In this document: positions 15,299 to 24,635 of the stretch, one piece after another
How positions within the stretch are numbered: the first letter of the stretch is position 1
How the letters are laid out: the number at the start of each line of letters is the position of its first letter
Assembly (NCBI GenBank): GCA_030609625.1
Contig: JAUWBX010000001.1
Span: 1-34,441, forward strand
DNA from: Phycisphaerae bacterium
Lineage (GTDB): Bacteria; Planctomycetota; Phycisphaerae; Sedimentisphaerales; Anaerobacaceae
Length of the DNA: 34,441 nucleotides
Direction of reading: 5' to 3'
Position numbers and translations under genes: made by a program
The notes under the pieces: model-generated
The model's database searches: none
Told to the model about the DNA's origin: nothing
What the model saw: the letters and a program-made list of their open reading frames with translations, nothing else

Positions 15299-15907
15299 AT
15301 GGCACGTTTTCCCGATAGAGAAGCAGAAATAAAGGCATTGGCACAGAATATCGTAACGGGTCTCGCCGCTAATGCGGCGGATTTCCCCACGCCGCCGGTC
15401 GCTTCGGCGGCCCTGCAGGCGCTGCTTGACTCATTCATCACACTCAGTGACGAGCAGGTGGCCGCTCAGGCCGCCGCCGAGCAGGTGACGGCGACCAAGA
15501 ACGCGGGCATGGAGGAGCTGGTCACGGCTATGCGGGCGGACCTGCGCTATGCCGAGGATGCGGTCAACTACGACGATGCGAAATTGAGCACCCTTGGCTG
15601 GGGCGGCCGGGCCGCACCAACCGAGCTGGAAGTGCCGGGCCAGGCCCGAGCGCTGGAGGCCCCGCAACAAGGCGAAGGATGGGTCTTCCTCGACTGGAAA
15701 AAGCCGACCGACGGCGGCGCCGTGGCAGCCTATAAGATCGAAAGGCGCGAACGGCCCGCGGGCGACTGGATGCTGGTGAGTATGGCAATTGAGTCCGAGG
15801 CGACGCTCAATAACCAGGAACGCGGCAAAGACTTGGAGTATCGCGTAATCGCTACGAACAAGGCTGGCGACGGTGTGCCGAGTAATACGGTTGCGGTGGT
15901 TTTGTAG
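15299..15907 (+). CDS. fibronectin type III domain protein with a helical Ala-rich N-terminal region (function unknown)
   Basis: C-terminal FN3-like segment (GEGWVFLDWKKPTDGGAVAAYKIERRE...EYRVIATNKAGDGVPSNTVAVV). Good RBS (GAAAGGAAGG) before ATG 15299. GC-rich codon usage. Confidence 0.7.
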   Translation: MARFPDREAEIKALAQNIVTGLAANAADFPTPPVASAALQALLDSFITLSDEQVAAQAAAEQVTATKNAGMEELVTAMRADLRYAEDAVNYDDAKLSTLGWGGRAAPTELEVPGQARALEAPQQGEGWVFLDWKKPTDGGAVAAYKIERRERPAGDWMLVSMAIESEATLNNQERGKDLEYRVIATNKAGDGVPSNTVAVVL

Positions 15908-15966
15908 AGAAGGTACAAAGGCACAAAGGTGCAAAGGTACAAAGGTAACTCTGAGCCTCTGCCCCT

Positions 15967-17121
15967 TTGCCACTGGACTTAACTATGATTATCACTCCAA
16001 CTCAAATCACTCAATCCGGCCCCGGCGTTGACCTGTCGAGCCTGCCGGAAGGCGTGTCTATCAAGATGTCCGACCTGGTCAAGGACTTCAAGTATGCCCG
16101 CAACGCTGTCACCCTGACCTTTGACCTGTCAGGCTACGAAAACGTACATCTTGCCTTCGAGGCGATGGAATTCGGCGATGAGCCGCACGCCCCGCCGCCG
16201 AATCCATTCACAGGGGAAGCCGATTTCGACGGTGTGGCGGTCAGTGCGGATGGGGTGGCCTGGTACGAAATCCAGGACCTGCGGCACCTGCGGTCTGACC
16301 GGTTCCTTGGCTACGATATCGATCTGGACGCTGCGATTGCCCAGTGGGGGCTTTCTTATAGCAGCGAATTCCAGATTCGTTTCTGCCAGTACGACAATAA
16401 TCCGGCACCGATGGACGGGATTTTTCTCCACAAGATAGAACTGCTCGGCGACCTGCGTCCGCCGATCCTGCACCTGACCATGAATGACAACGCGTCAAAT
16501 CCAACAGTTCTGGACTCTGCCGCAAGCCAGCGTCATCAGACATTCATCGATCCGGGCGGCAACCCCAACACTAACACCCATTCCGTCCCTGGGCCGAACG
16601 GGACCACAGCTCTGGCCTTTGACGGTGTGGACGACCGGATAGATTTCGGGCCGACGTTGCTGAGCGAGATGGTGGGTGCGGGCCGGGATTTCACCCTGGC
16701 GTTCTGGTACAAGACCGATAGCAGCCCCGGCGACACCACAAAGATATTCTTCCGTCGGCGGATGTCGTTTTCGGAGCCGCACGTAACGGGCTATGTTAGC
16801 AACGACCGCATCTACTGGCTGGTGGGATGGGGTGATGGTTATATGTGGCTCTATTCGGCGTCCGGCATGCTCAATGGTCACTGGCGGCACGTGGTCTATC
16901 GCCGCCAGGGCCAGATGTTAACACTGTGGATAGACGGCGCCCTTCAAGCGACCAAGAGCCACCCCGACTATGCGAAAGGCTTTTTCGCCGGAGCATGGGA
17001 CCCGCGAGCGATTGGACAAGCCTATCAGAGCAGTGACTCAGATTGGCCCTTCGCTATGGCCGACCTCCGAGCGTACGACCGTGCGCTGAGGGACGAAGAA
17101 ATTACGGAACTGAGCGAGTGA
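15967..17121 (+). CDS. LamG / concanavalin-A-like lectin domain protein with an unknown N-terminal beta-rich domain
   Basis: Laminin_G_3-like segment (ALAFDGVDDRIDFG...FTLAFWYKTD...WRHVVYRRQGQMLTLWIDG). The start is uncertain: TTG 15967 or ATG 15985, neither with a clear RBS. No signal peptide. Confidence 0.65.
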   Translation: MPLDLTMIITPTQITQSGPGVDLSSLPEGVSIKMSDLVKDFKYARNAVTLTFDLSGYENVHLAFEAMEFGDEPHAPPPNPFTGEADFDGVAVSADGVAWYEIQDLRHLRSDRFLGYDIDLDAAIAQWGLSYSSEFQIRFCQYDNNPAPMDGIFLHKIELLGDLRPPILHLTMNDNASNPTVLDSAASQRHQTFIDPGGNPNTNTHSVPGPNGTTALAFDGVDDRIDFGPTLLSEMVGAGRDFTLAFWYKTDSSPGDTTKIFFRRRMSFSEPHVTGYVSNDRIYWLVGWGDGYMWLYSASGMLNGHWRHVVYRRQGQMLTLWIDGALQATKSHPDYAKGFFAGAWDPRAIGQAYQSSDSDWPFAMADLRAYDRALRDEEITELSE

Positions 17122-17271
17122 GAAAGTGTGAAGGTGGAAGGTGAGAAAGTGAAAAGTCCTTTTAACCTGTTACCTGTAACCACCAGCTTTGCTGGTTTGC
17201 GTAAAAGCTAACCGCTATACGCTATACGCTAAACGCTAACCATTAACTGCTAATTGCTAACAGCTAAAAGA

Positions 17272-18639
17272 ATGTCTAAACTGAATTCTGAAATGGTTGA
17301 GGCAAGTGACTGCGAAGAGCTAACTCAGGCTGAAACCATTGACCGGCCTTGGAACCCAGCGCACGGACCTTTGGGTAAGCTGAAAGATATTTTCATTTCG
17401 CACAAGGCGAGTCTACAGAACCTATCCTCGCTGGTCATCATCAACTTCATGGTGGCCGGGCTGGGTTTCCTTACGCGAGTGAAAATTGCAAATGTGCTGG
17501 GGAAAGAAAGTTTCGGCCTGCTCGCTTATGGCCTTGCATTAGGAAGCTATGGAGCAGTCATAGTCAGGTTTGGTCTAGACCGAACCTTTGTACGTGACCT
17601 CATACATTACCCAAGGCGTTTTGGTCAATTAGTTGCTGGAAGTCTTGTTTTACGAGGCTTGCTCTTAGTTGTGGTGATCCTGGCGTTGGTCAGTTGGAAG
17701 TTGACTTTTGCGAGTAGCGAGCTTAGCTGGGGTGTGATTGCTGTAGTACTTGGTACCTCCCTTATGGCTTTGGACCTGCAAGCCGTGTATGACAGTTGGC
17801 AGAAAATGTCACGTCACGCAGTCTATAACCTTGTGCAGAAGTGCTGCTATTATGCGCTGATCTGGGCTGTGATATTATTTTTTCCGAGTAAGCTTAGCAT
17901 TGGCCTGATCGGCGGGGGGATGATGGCCTCTGTGGCTCTATACCTGTTTATGCAGCAACGGTGGGCGTTTAGGCGAATCGAATTTTATAAAGCAAAAGAG
18001 TCTCTGGCAAAGACAGCTATCAAGCTTGGATTCGCCAATCTTTTGGTATGGGCGGCTGCTATAGGTTGTCTGTCCTTTGGTGTCTTAAATCAGCTTGTGT
18101 TAAAATATTTCAGGGGAAATGCCGAACTTGGCGGATATGCAGCGGCCTGGCAAATAGTTGCAGTTGCAATGCTCTTATTGAACCAGGTAGCAAGGATTGG
18201 CAAACCAGCAACTGCCAGAATCACCCGAGAAGGAACGGACAGGAATACAAGGAGAAGGTTCTTGGTGAAATATTCCGCCGTGATGTTTGCTGTCGCTTCT
18301 CCAATAGCCATTAGTGCCTTGTTTTGCCCGGGACTAATCCTGAAAACTCTATTCCGTCCTGAGTATGCTTCCGAGGCAGGAACCTTGCGAATTCTCGGAA
18401 TATACCTAATGTGTTTTCCTCTTGGTCTTGTTGCCTCACAATACGTGATCGCTGCCCGAATGGAAAAAACCTATTTTGCCAGTGTTATTGTAGGTGGTAT
18501 TCTAAGTGTCTTGTTCTGTCTTTTTTTGATTCCGAAGTTAGGGGGGATGGGCGCAGCGATATCGCTTCTAATTGCGCATGGCATATCCATGGGATTATAC
18601 TGGGTTGCCATGATTCTGCATGTCCGAAATCATGAATAA
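17272..18639 (+). CDS. wzx: oligosaccharide flippase (Wzx / MOP-superfamily polysaccharide biosynthesis protein)
   Basis: Polytopic membrane protein of about 455 aa with a PST-family profile, inside a glycan locus. ATG 17272 (MSKLNSEM) is preferred over the track start at 17254. Confidence 0.75.
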   Translation: MSKLNSEMVEASDCEELTQAETIDRPWNPAHGPLGKLKDIFISHKASLQNLSSLVIINFMVAGLGFLTRVKIANVLGKESFGLLAYGLALGSYGAVIVRFGLDRTFVRDLIHYPRRFGQLVAGSLVLRGLLLVVVILALVSWKLTFASSELSWGVIAVVLGTSLMALDLQAVYDSWQKMSRHAVYNLVQKCCYYALIWAVILFFPSKLSIGLIGGGMMASVALYLFMQQRWAFRRIEFYKAKESLAKTAIKLGFANLLVWAAAIGCLSFGVLNQLVLKYFRGNAELGGYAAAWQIVAVAMLLLNQVARIGKPATARITREGTDRNTRRRFLVKYSAVMFAVASPIAISALFCPGLILKTLFRPEYASEAGTLRILGIYLMCFPLGLVASQYVIAARMEKTYFASVIVGGILSVLFCLFLIPKLGGMGAAISLLIAHGISMGLYWVAMILHVRNHE

Positions 18640-20038
18640 TATTACAGGCCATAAAAATGTATGCACTGAAGTTGTTGCTAAAAACCTCTGTATTGGTTGT
18701 GGGGTTTGCGCCAGTGTATGCCCACGCGAAAACCTAAAAATCGAATTTAACAGCTTCGGTGAGTATAATGCTCTTGAAATCGGTAATAGCTGCGGGGAAA
18801 AATGTGATCTATGCTTAAAGGTATGCCCATTCTATAACAACAAAGATAACGAGGACACACTGGGTAAGAAGCTTTTTGCAGAGACGCCTGGAATTAAACA
18901 TACGCCGGAAACCGGCTATTATATAGATTCCTTTGTTGGATATTCTAATATTAAGAGTCACCGTGAAAACGGGTCATCTGGCGGTTTGGCAACTTGGACA
19001 TTGGAAAAATTACTTACTGATAACCTTGTTGACTATGTGGCTTGCGTGTCTCCAAACAATGACCCGGAAAAATTATTTAAGTTTAAGATATGTAACACCC
19101 CTGAGGAAGTTCGTGAATGTTCCCGTTCCTGTTATTATCCTGTCGAAACAAGCGAGGTTATTAAACACATTTTATCACATGATGGGCGATATGCCATAAT
19201 TGGCCTTCCTTGTTTTTGTAAGGCCATTCGTTTGGCAATACAGATAAATCCAAAACTTAAACGCAGAATAAAATTTGTGTTAGGCTTAGTTTGTAGCCAG
19301 TTAAAGAGTAAGTTTTTTGCTGAATATATCTGCGCATTGGGTGGTGGAGACCCTCATTACCTCAAGCAAGTTACGTTTCGTATCAAAGACCCAAACCGTC
19401 CGGCGTCAGATTTTGGAATGAAATTCGTTTCTGAAAACGGGATGAATCCGAGCCGTGAAGGTGTAGTTTTCTGGACCGAGGGCATGAGCCGAATTTGGTG
19501 TGACCGCTACTTTACGCCTAACGCTTGCAACTTTTGTGACGATGTATTTGCCGAGCTGGCCGACGCCTGCTTTATGGATGCTTGGTTATCACCGTATAGA
19601 AATGATAATCGTGGGCATACGATTATGTTAATACGTAATAAGGATTTACTTGATCTGATAGAAAATCCTGATTCTGAGAAAGCTCTTCAGATAAGTCATC
19701 TGCCCATCGAGCAAGTAATTCGAAGTCAAATTAGTGTGATATTCGAAAAACGCAAAGCCATTTCGGAGAGATTGGCTCACTGTGACAAGGAAGGCCTGAC
19801 AACACCAGCCAAGCGAGTCAGCCAAAAATCTAAATTGAGGTATGATTCTCGATTGGAGATTAGAAGCAGATTAATCATTTCGCAAAGCAGCCCCGATATT
19901 TGGCTAAAATGCGGGAAAAAACTTAAAGAATTTTACAGAACTATGCGCTTATCTAGGGCAACACTTGTGCTCATTAAGTGGTGCCGTGGTTTTATTAAGA
20001 AAATTATTTCCTGGGTACCCATTTTTACCAGCAGATAA
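18620..20038 (+). CDS. coenzyme F420 hydrogenase/dehydrogenase beta-subunit-like (FrhB-family) Fe-S flavoprotein
   Basis: Two ferredoxin motifs (CIGCGVCASVCP, CDLCLKVCP) and the GSSGG motif. This family commonly pairs with a polysaccharide pyruvyl transferase. An alternative start, ATG 18632, overlaps the wzx stop. Confidence 0.8.
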   Translation: MSEIMNNITGHKNVCTEVVAKNLCIGCGVCASVCPRENLKIEFNSFGEYNALEIGNSCGEKCDLCLKVCPFYNNKDNEDTLGKKLFAETPGIKHTPETGYYIDSFVGYSNIKSHRENGSSGGLATWTLEKLLTDNLVDYVACVSPNNDPEKLFKFKICNTPEEVRECSRSCYYPVETSEVIKHILSHDGRYAIIGLPCFCKAIRLAIQINPKLKRRIKFVLGLVCSQLKSKFFAEYICALGGGDPHYLKQVTFRIKDPNRPASDFGMKFVSENGMNPSREGVVFWTEGMSRIWCDRYFTPNACNFCDDVFAELADACFMDAWLSPYRNDNRGHTIMLIRNKDLLDLIENPDSEKALQISHLPIEQVIRSQISVIFEKRKAISERLAHCDKEGLTTPAKRVSQKSKLRYDSRLEIRSRLIISQSSPDIWLKCGKKLKEFYRTMRLSRATLVLIKWCRGFIKKIISWVPIFTSR

Positions 20039-20051
20039 CAAGGATATACCT

Positions 20052-21257
20052 ATGCGGTTTTTACTGGCAGGCAATTCAACGTATATGAATCACGGTTCTG
20101 AAGCGATTGTTCGGGGTACGGTCATAACCTTGAGAGGGTTTTTCGATCGTCCCGAGATTGTATCTGCAGAAACGGCACTTTTTCCTTATTCTGATATTCC
20201 TGAGACGGATCCCGGAATCATTCACAAGCCTGTTTTCCTGCCCAAACCGCATTCGATACAATGGTTTTTCAATCAAGCTCGAAAGGCGATCCTTACTCGG
20301 CCGGTTGCCTACAAACATTTTGCCAGAGGCCTGTTGCCTGAAATTAAAAAAGCAGATGCCGTGCTTTCGCTTGGTGGAGACAACTATATCAAGAGGCCAT
20401 TTTTACAAATCGCGCAAAATGATTTGGCCGAAGATTTAAAGATACCGGCCATACTTTGGGGGGCGTCTGTAGGGCCTTTTACAGGATCGCCAAAATATCA
20501 GAAGTCGGTGTTCCGTCATCTCAGGAATCTTTCCGGTGTTTTTGTCCGCGAGACTGTATCGCAACAATATTTAGCTGATAATGGGGTTAAAGACAATGTG
20601 CACTTGGTAGAAGACCCGGCTTTTCTGATGGAACCGGAGATGCCTGATGATCCTGAATTTGTTGAAAAGCTTCCTCGTGGAGCAATTGGGATATCGCTGA
20701 GCAATTTATTCATTAGTCAAACGCGCTTTTCAGAAAACCATGAGGATGCTGTTTACAGAATTGTTGAGGCAGTACGCCAACGATTCGGACGTCCAATCAT
20801 TTTGGTTCCTCATTGTGTGAATTATGGCCGTGATGATCACGCTCTTTTGGATGGCGTCTTGAAAGAGAATGCCTCTCGCTGGCCTGGTGTAATATGCCTG
20901 CCAAAATTATGGACGGCGGCCCAGATCAAATGGGCAATATCTAAATTGCACGCCTTTGTCGGCGCACGAGCGCATTCCACGATAGCTGCTTTCAGTACAT
21001 ACGTGCCTACTGTGAGTCTTGTTTATAGTTTTAAGGCAGAAGGATTCAATCAACGGTTGTTCAATTGCCTTGATTATGTTGTCAAAAAGGAGCAATGCGA
21101 GCCAGAGCTTATTGTTGAGAAGCTTAAGTTGGTAATGGATCATTCTGATGAGATTCGTAAGAATTTACAGGAAAAAATGATCGAAGTAAGGAAAGGTGCA
21201 ATGCAGGCCGGGCAATTGCTTAAGAAAATTATATCTGATAGCAGCTCGCTTGACTGA
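20052..21257 (+). CDS. polysaccharide pyruvyl transferase (WcaK/CsaB-like)
   Basis: MRFLLAGNSTYMNHGSEAI..., GGDNY and RAHSTIAA motifs. ATG 20052 is preferred over the track start at 19965. Confidence 0.8.
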   Translation: MRFLLAGNSTYMNHGSEAIVRGTVITLRGFFDRPEIVSAETALFPYSDIPETDPGIIHKPVFLPKPHSIQWFFNQARKAILTRPVAYKHFARGLLPEIKKADAVLSLGGDNYIKRPFLQIAQNDLAEDLKIPAILWGASVGPFTGSPKYQKSVFRHLRNLSGVFVRETVSQQYLADNGVKDNVHLVEDPAFLMEPEMPDDPEFVEKLPRGAIGISLSNLFISQTRFSENHEDAVYRIVEAVRQRFGRPIILVPHCVNYGRDDHALLDGVLKENASRWPGVICLPKLWTAAQIKWAISKLHAFVGARAHSTIAAFSTYVPTVSLVYSFKAEGFNQRLFNCLDYVVKKEQCEPELIVEKLKLVMDHSDEIRKNLQEKMIEVRKGAMQAGQLLKKIISDSSSLD

Positions 21258-21347
21258 TAAATACCTTCCAAGACAGGGCAAACTCGAATATGCTGCGGGG
21301 GCAGAAAAAGCATTCCTATTGAGTTTTAATTTGGAGACTATAGAATA

Positions 21348-22214
21348 GTGTGTACTTGTGCAGGTACTATTGGCACTACGCGTACAAAGGCTGAAGACAT
21401 CTCACAGTGGCCTAAAATCTCTATCGTTACTCCGTCTTACAACCAGGGTCGGTTTTTGGAAAAAACTATCCTCAGCATCCTAAACCAGCAATATCCAAAT
21501 CTTGAATATATGGTGTTGGATGGCGGTTCGACGGACAATTCCGTTGATGTCATTAAGCGATATTCGAATCAACTGTCTCACTGGGAAAGTGGCCCGGACA
21601 AGGGACAAGCCGCAGCAATCGCAAAAGGTTTTGCGTCTTCGAGCGGAACAATCCTGGGATGGCTTAACAGCGACGATATGCTCATGCCAAACGCACTTAT
21701 AAATGTGGCAAAGGCATTCTTAGCATCAAGCGAGATATGTGCTGTAACAGGTCGATGTGTCATAATCGATACGGACGGAAAACCGTTTTCAGTTAGTATC
21801 CCGATTATGCGATCCTGGAGGTCTATGTTGTATCTTGGAACCGGCTTTTACCAAATGGCAACCTTTTGGAAAAAGTCGGCATATGAAGCGGTCGGACAAC
21901 TGAACACCGAAATGTATTTCAGCTTCGACGCGGACTTATTTCTCCGTATCAGGAAATATGGCCGGATTGAGGCAATCAACAGTTATCTGGCGGCATATCG
22001 GTCGCATAAGAAATCCAAAACCACAACTAACCAGCGCATAATGCGGGCTGAGAACCGCATGATTCAAAAAAGATATTCGAATGTAAATGATATTACAGTG
22101 ATATTGTCACATGTGGCTAAAAGGGTACGTCCGGTCCGCAGAATCCGCAACAGTATCTTTTGGTATATAGATAAGCATAAGCTAATAGAGCTTTGCAGGA
22201 TCGCACAAACGTGA
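21348..22214 (+). CDS. glycosyltransferase family 2
   Basis: ISIVTPSYNQGRFLEKTILSILNQ...LDGGSTDNS. GGAG lies upstream of GTG 21348. Confidence 0.85.
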   Translation: MCTCAGTIGTTRTKAEDISQWPKISIVTPSYNQGRFLEKTILSILNQQYPNLEYMVLDGGSTDNSVDVIKRYSNQLSHWESGPDKGQAAAIAKGFASSSGTILGWLNSDDMLMPNALINVAKAFLASSEICAVTGRCVIIDTDGKPFSVSIPIMRSWRSMLYLGTGFYQMATFWKKSAYEAVGQLNTEMYFSFDADLFLRIRKYGRIEAINSYLAAYRSHKKSKTTTNQRIMRAENRMIQKRYSNVNDITVILSHVAKRVRPVRRIRNSIFWYIDKHKLIELCRIAQT

Positions 22215-23497
22215 TGAAATTACAGCAGATTCTTTCCAGCGATATAAAAAAAAAGATAACAAACATCCTGCTGTTTCTTTACGGCACCTCCACCGGTTTG
22301 CCGGATATAGCGATCGCTTTTTATAATATACGTCTGCGATTAGACGATGGCATCATGGTGATTTTGTTTCTTTGCGTCCTTATTAACGGGCTATACCATC
22401 CCTATCGTTTTACGAAAACCCAGTTGAAATTCCTGAAGCTCGCAGCGCTCTTTGCAGTCTCTTGTCTATTATCTTCGTGTGTCACCCTCATCCTGGATCT
22501 GCCATTTGATTACTATTCGCTGTTCCGAATGCTGGGCTGCATGCTTATTTTAGTAACACTTTCTACGATTCTAAAATCTCCACGATTATTTGTATGGCTG
22601 GGGTGGGGTTTGCTACTTGGCGGCAGCATTCTTATGCTGCAAATCTTACTTACATGGCATAGTAAAGCAGCTCAAATTTCACTTTTGGCATATTCATTTC
22701 GACTAAAAACCGCTTTGAGTTTCAAGACATGGAATGCTAACACTTCCGCCAGCTATGCCATTATGTTTGCTTTTATCATGGCCTTAATCAGCTATGAGAT
22801 GTCGGGGATAAAAAAGGGAATATTCTGGGTGGCGGCAGGTGCCTTTAGCTTGATCCCATTGTTTACTTTTTCCCGGGTGGCGGTGGCTGGCATTGGAACA
22901 GCCTGGCTGACTTTCATATTGTTGGCACGCGGGAGCCGTCCCGCAAAAGCCGTGATTATTATGCTATTTGTCGGCATGTTCACATGTCTTGCAATATATG
23001 AAGGGGAGCTGATTCGCTCGGCCGTTCGCATTAACCTGTCAACCGGTGAAGGACTTTCAGACCATCATATAATGTGGCGCAGGGCATTGAATTTAATAGC
23101 CAGGTCGCCTCTTATAGGACACGGGTTTGGGCAGGAAGTTCCCTTATACAAGGCGGAGTTTGGGGGCGGAACAGCCCAAAATGCATTTTTGAGTGTTTGT
23201 GTTGAAGGCGGTTTATTGGGGCTGTTTCTATTTACATGGCCTTTAGCATACCTTGGCCGTCGTTTGTGGAGGTTAGCACATGGCAGATTCTATGATACGC
23301 GGGCGGTGATCTGTTTTGGATTCTTACTGTGTATTCTGGTATTGAGTTTAACGCACTCCGCATTATATTGGCACAAGTCACAAACGTTAATATTGTCTCT
23401 GATGTTGGTTTACATCGGAAAAGGTGAGAGATCGCTGTTATCTGTAGTCAGGACTGAAACGACCGATGCCAAAATGAGAACATGTCAATATGTTTAA
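22214..23497 (+). CDS. O-antigen ligase/polymerase family membrane protein (Wzy-like)
   Basis: About 10-12 TM helices with a Wzy_C-like loop (WRRALNLIARSPLIGHGFGQ). ATG 22214 overlaps the GT2 stop as TGATG. Confidence 0.7.
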   Translation: MKLQQILSSDIKKKITNILLFLYGTSTGLPDIAIAFYNIRLRLDDGIMVILFLCVLINGLYHPYRFTKTQLKFLKLAALFAVSCLLSSCVTLILDLPFDYYSLFRMLGCMLILVTLSTILKSPRLFVWLGWGLLLGGSILMLQILLTWHSKAAQISLLAYSFRLKTALSFKTWNANTSASYAIMFAFIMALISYEMSGIKKGIFWVAAGAFSLIPLFTFSRVAVAGIGTAWLTFILLARGSRPAKAVIIMLFVGMFTCLAIYEGELIRSAVRINLSTGEGLSDHHIMWRRALNLIARSPLIGHGFGQEVPLYKAEFGGGTAQNAFLSVCVEGGLLGLFLFTWPLAYLGRRLWRLAHGRFYDTRAVICFGFLLCILVLSLTHSALYWHKSQTLILSLMLVYIGKGERSLLSVVRTETTDAKMRTCQYV

Positions 23498-24635
23498 GAT
23501 CTTATACATAGTATCTACGCTTCGAAGGTGCGGCCCCACACAGCAATTGTTCAATCTGATCAAATATCTTGACCGCCAACGTTGTCTTCCGCAGATTCTG
23601 ACTTTGTCGCCGGAACCGCAGGATTCCTTGATGGATGAATTTATCCGCATGGGAATCCCGGTTTCCAGTTTTGGTCTGGCTCAATTCACCAGTTTTTTCC
23701 GTGCTCGACGTCGTATCAGTAACTATATTTCCGAACACAGACCTGACATTGTTCACAGCAACGGTTTTCGGGCTGATTTGTTCTCCGCTCGTGTTAACTA
23801 TAGAGTTCATACCGTGACAACGGTGCGCAACCACCTTTTTGAAAATTACGACTATGATTTCGGGTGGGTCGGCCGGTATTTGATGGCACCCCTTCATTTG
23901 AGAATGTTGCGCCGAATCGAAAGAGCGATCACCGTATCTCAAACTCTGAGCGAAAGGCTTTTGAAAGAATATGGATTTGCCTGCGATGTCGTTCCAAACG
24001 CGGTGGACCAAGAGATTTATTTTCCCGCAGCAGCCGCACGAAAACAGCAAATTCGCAGTCAATTGGGACTCCCCCTCGAACATCGGTTATTTGCCGTTAC
24101 AGGGTATCTGTCGGCGTTGAAAGATCCTGTTTGCGTTGCAGAAGGATTTTTAAAGGCGGCAATTCCCAATACCACAATGATTTTTATCGGGGACGGCGTA
24201 ATGCGGGAGAAACTTGACCCGTTGCGCAAAACAGGGAAGATTCTTTTGACCGGCAGAGTAACAAACGTAAAAACCTGTCTGCAGGGCTCCGATTTTCTGG
24301 TGTCAGGTTCTCATACCGAAGGGATGCCAAATGCCGTTCTGGAAGCAATGGCCTGCGGGCTTCCATGCATCCTGAGTGACATACGATCACATGGAGAGAT
24401 TGCACGATACAGCCCGGCGAGCACGAAGCTGTTTCGAGTGAGTGACGCACATAGTCTGGCAGAGAAGATCAGTGAGGTGTTGGCTCAAGACTACGCAGAA
24501 ATGTCGATCGCTGCCGTACAAGCAGTCACTCGCAACTTTAGCGCAAAAACTATGTCAGAGAACTATCTACAGGTATACACATCAATTCTAAGTGAGAAAC
24601 AAACACTAACGGGAGAACGTCGGTGTTCAGAGTGA
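23490..24635 (+). CDS. glycosyltransferase family 4 (GT-B, retaining)
   Basis: C-terminal EX7E region GMPNAVLEAMACGLPCILSD. Confidence 0.85.
   Translation: MFKILYIVSTLRRCGPTQQLFNLIKYLDRQRCLPQILTLSPEPQDSLMDEFIRMGIPVSSFGLAQFTSFFRARRRISNYISEHRPDIVHSNGFRADLFSARVNYRVHTVTTVRNHLFENYDYDFGWVGRYLMAPLHLRMLRRIERAITVSQTLSERLLKEYGFACDVVPNAVDQEIYFPAAAARKQQIRSQLGLPLEHRLFAVTGYLSALKDPVCVAEGFLKAAIPNTTMIFIGDGVMREKLDPLRKTGKILLTGRVTNVKTCLQGSDFLVSGSHTEGMPNAVLEAMACGLPCILSDIRSHGEIARYSPASTKLFRVSDAHSLAEKISEVLAQDYAEMSIAAVQAVTRNFSAKTMSENYLQVYTSILSEKQTLTGERRCSE

Noticed and set aside
15431-16890. Antisense or alternative-frame ORFs in the FN3/LamG block (15431..15973, 15564..15788, 16129..16473, 16241..16543, 16495..16890 and others)
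   Set aside because: These are open frames typical of GC-rich DNA. They are Arg/Pro/Gly-rich with no domains, while the sense frames have recognisable FN3 and LamG folds.
23502-24083. 193-aa ORF antisense to the GT4 gene
   Set aside because: The sense-strand product has the GT4 EX7E signature and is translationally coupled to its neighbours. The antisense product has no recognisable features.
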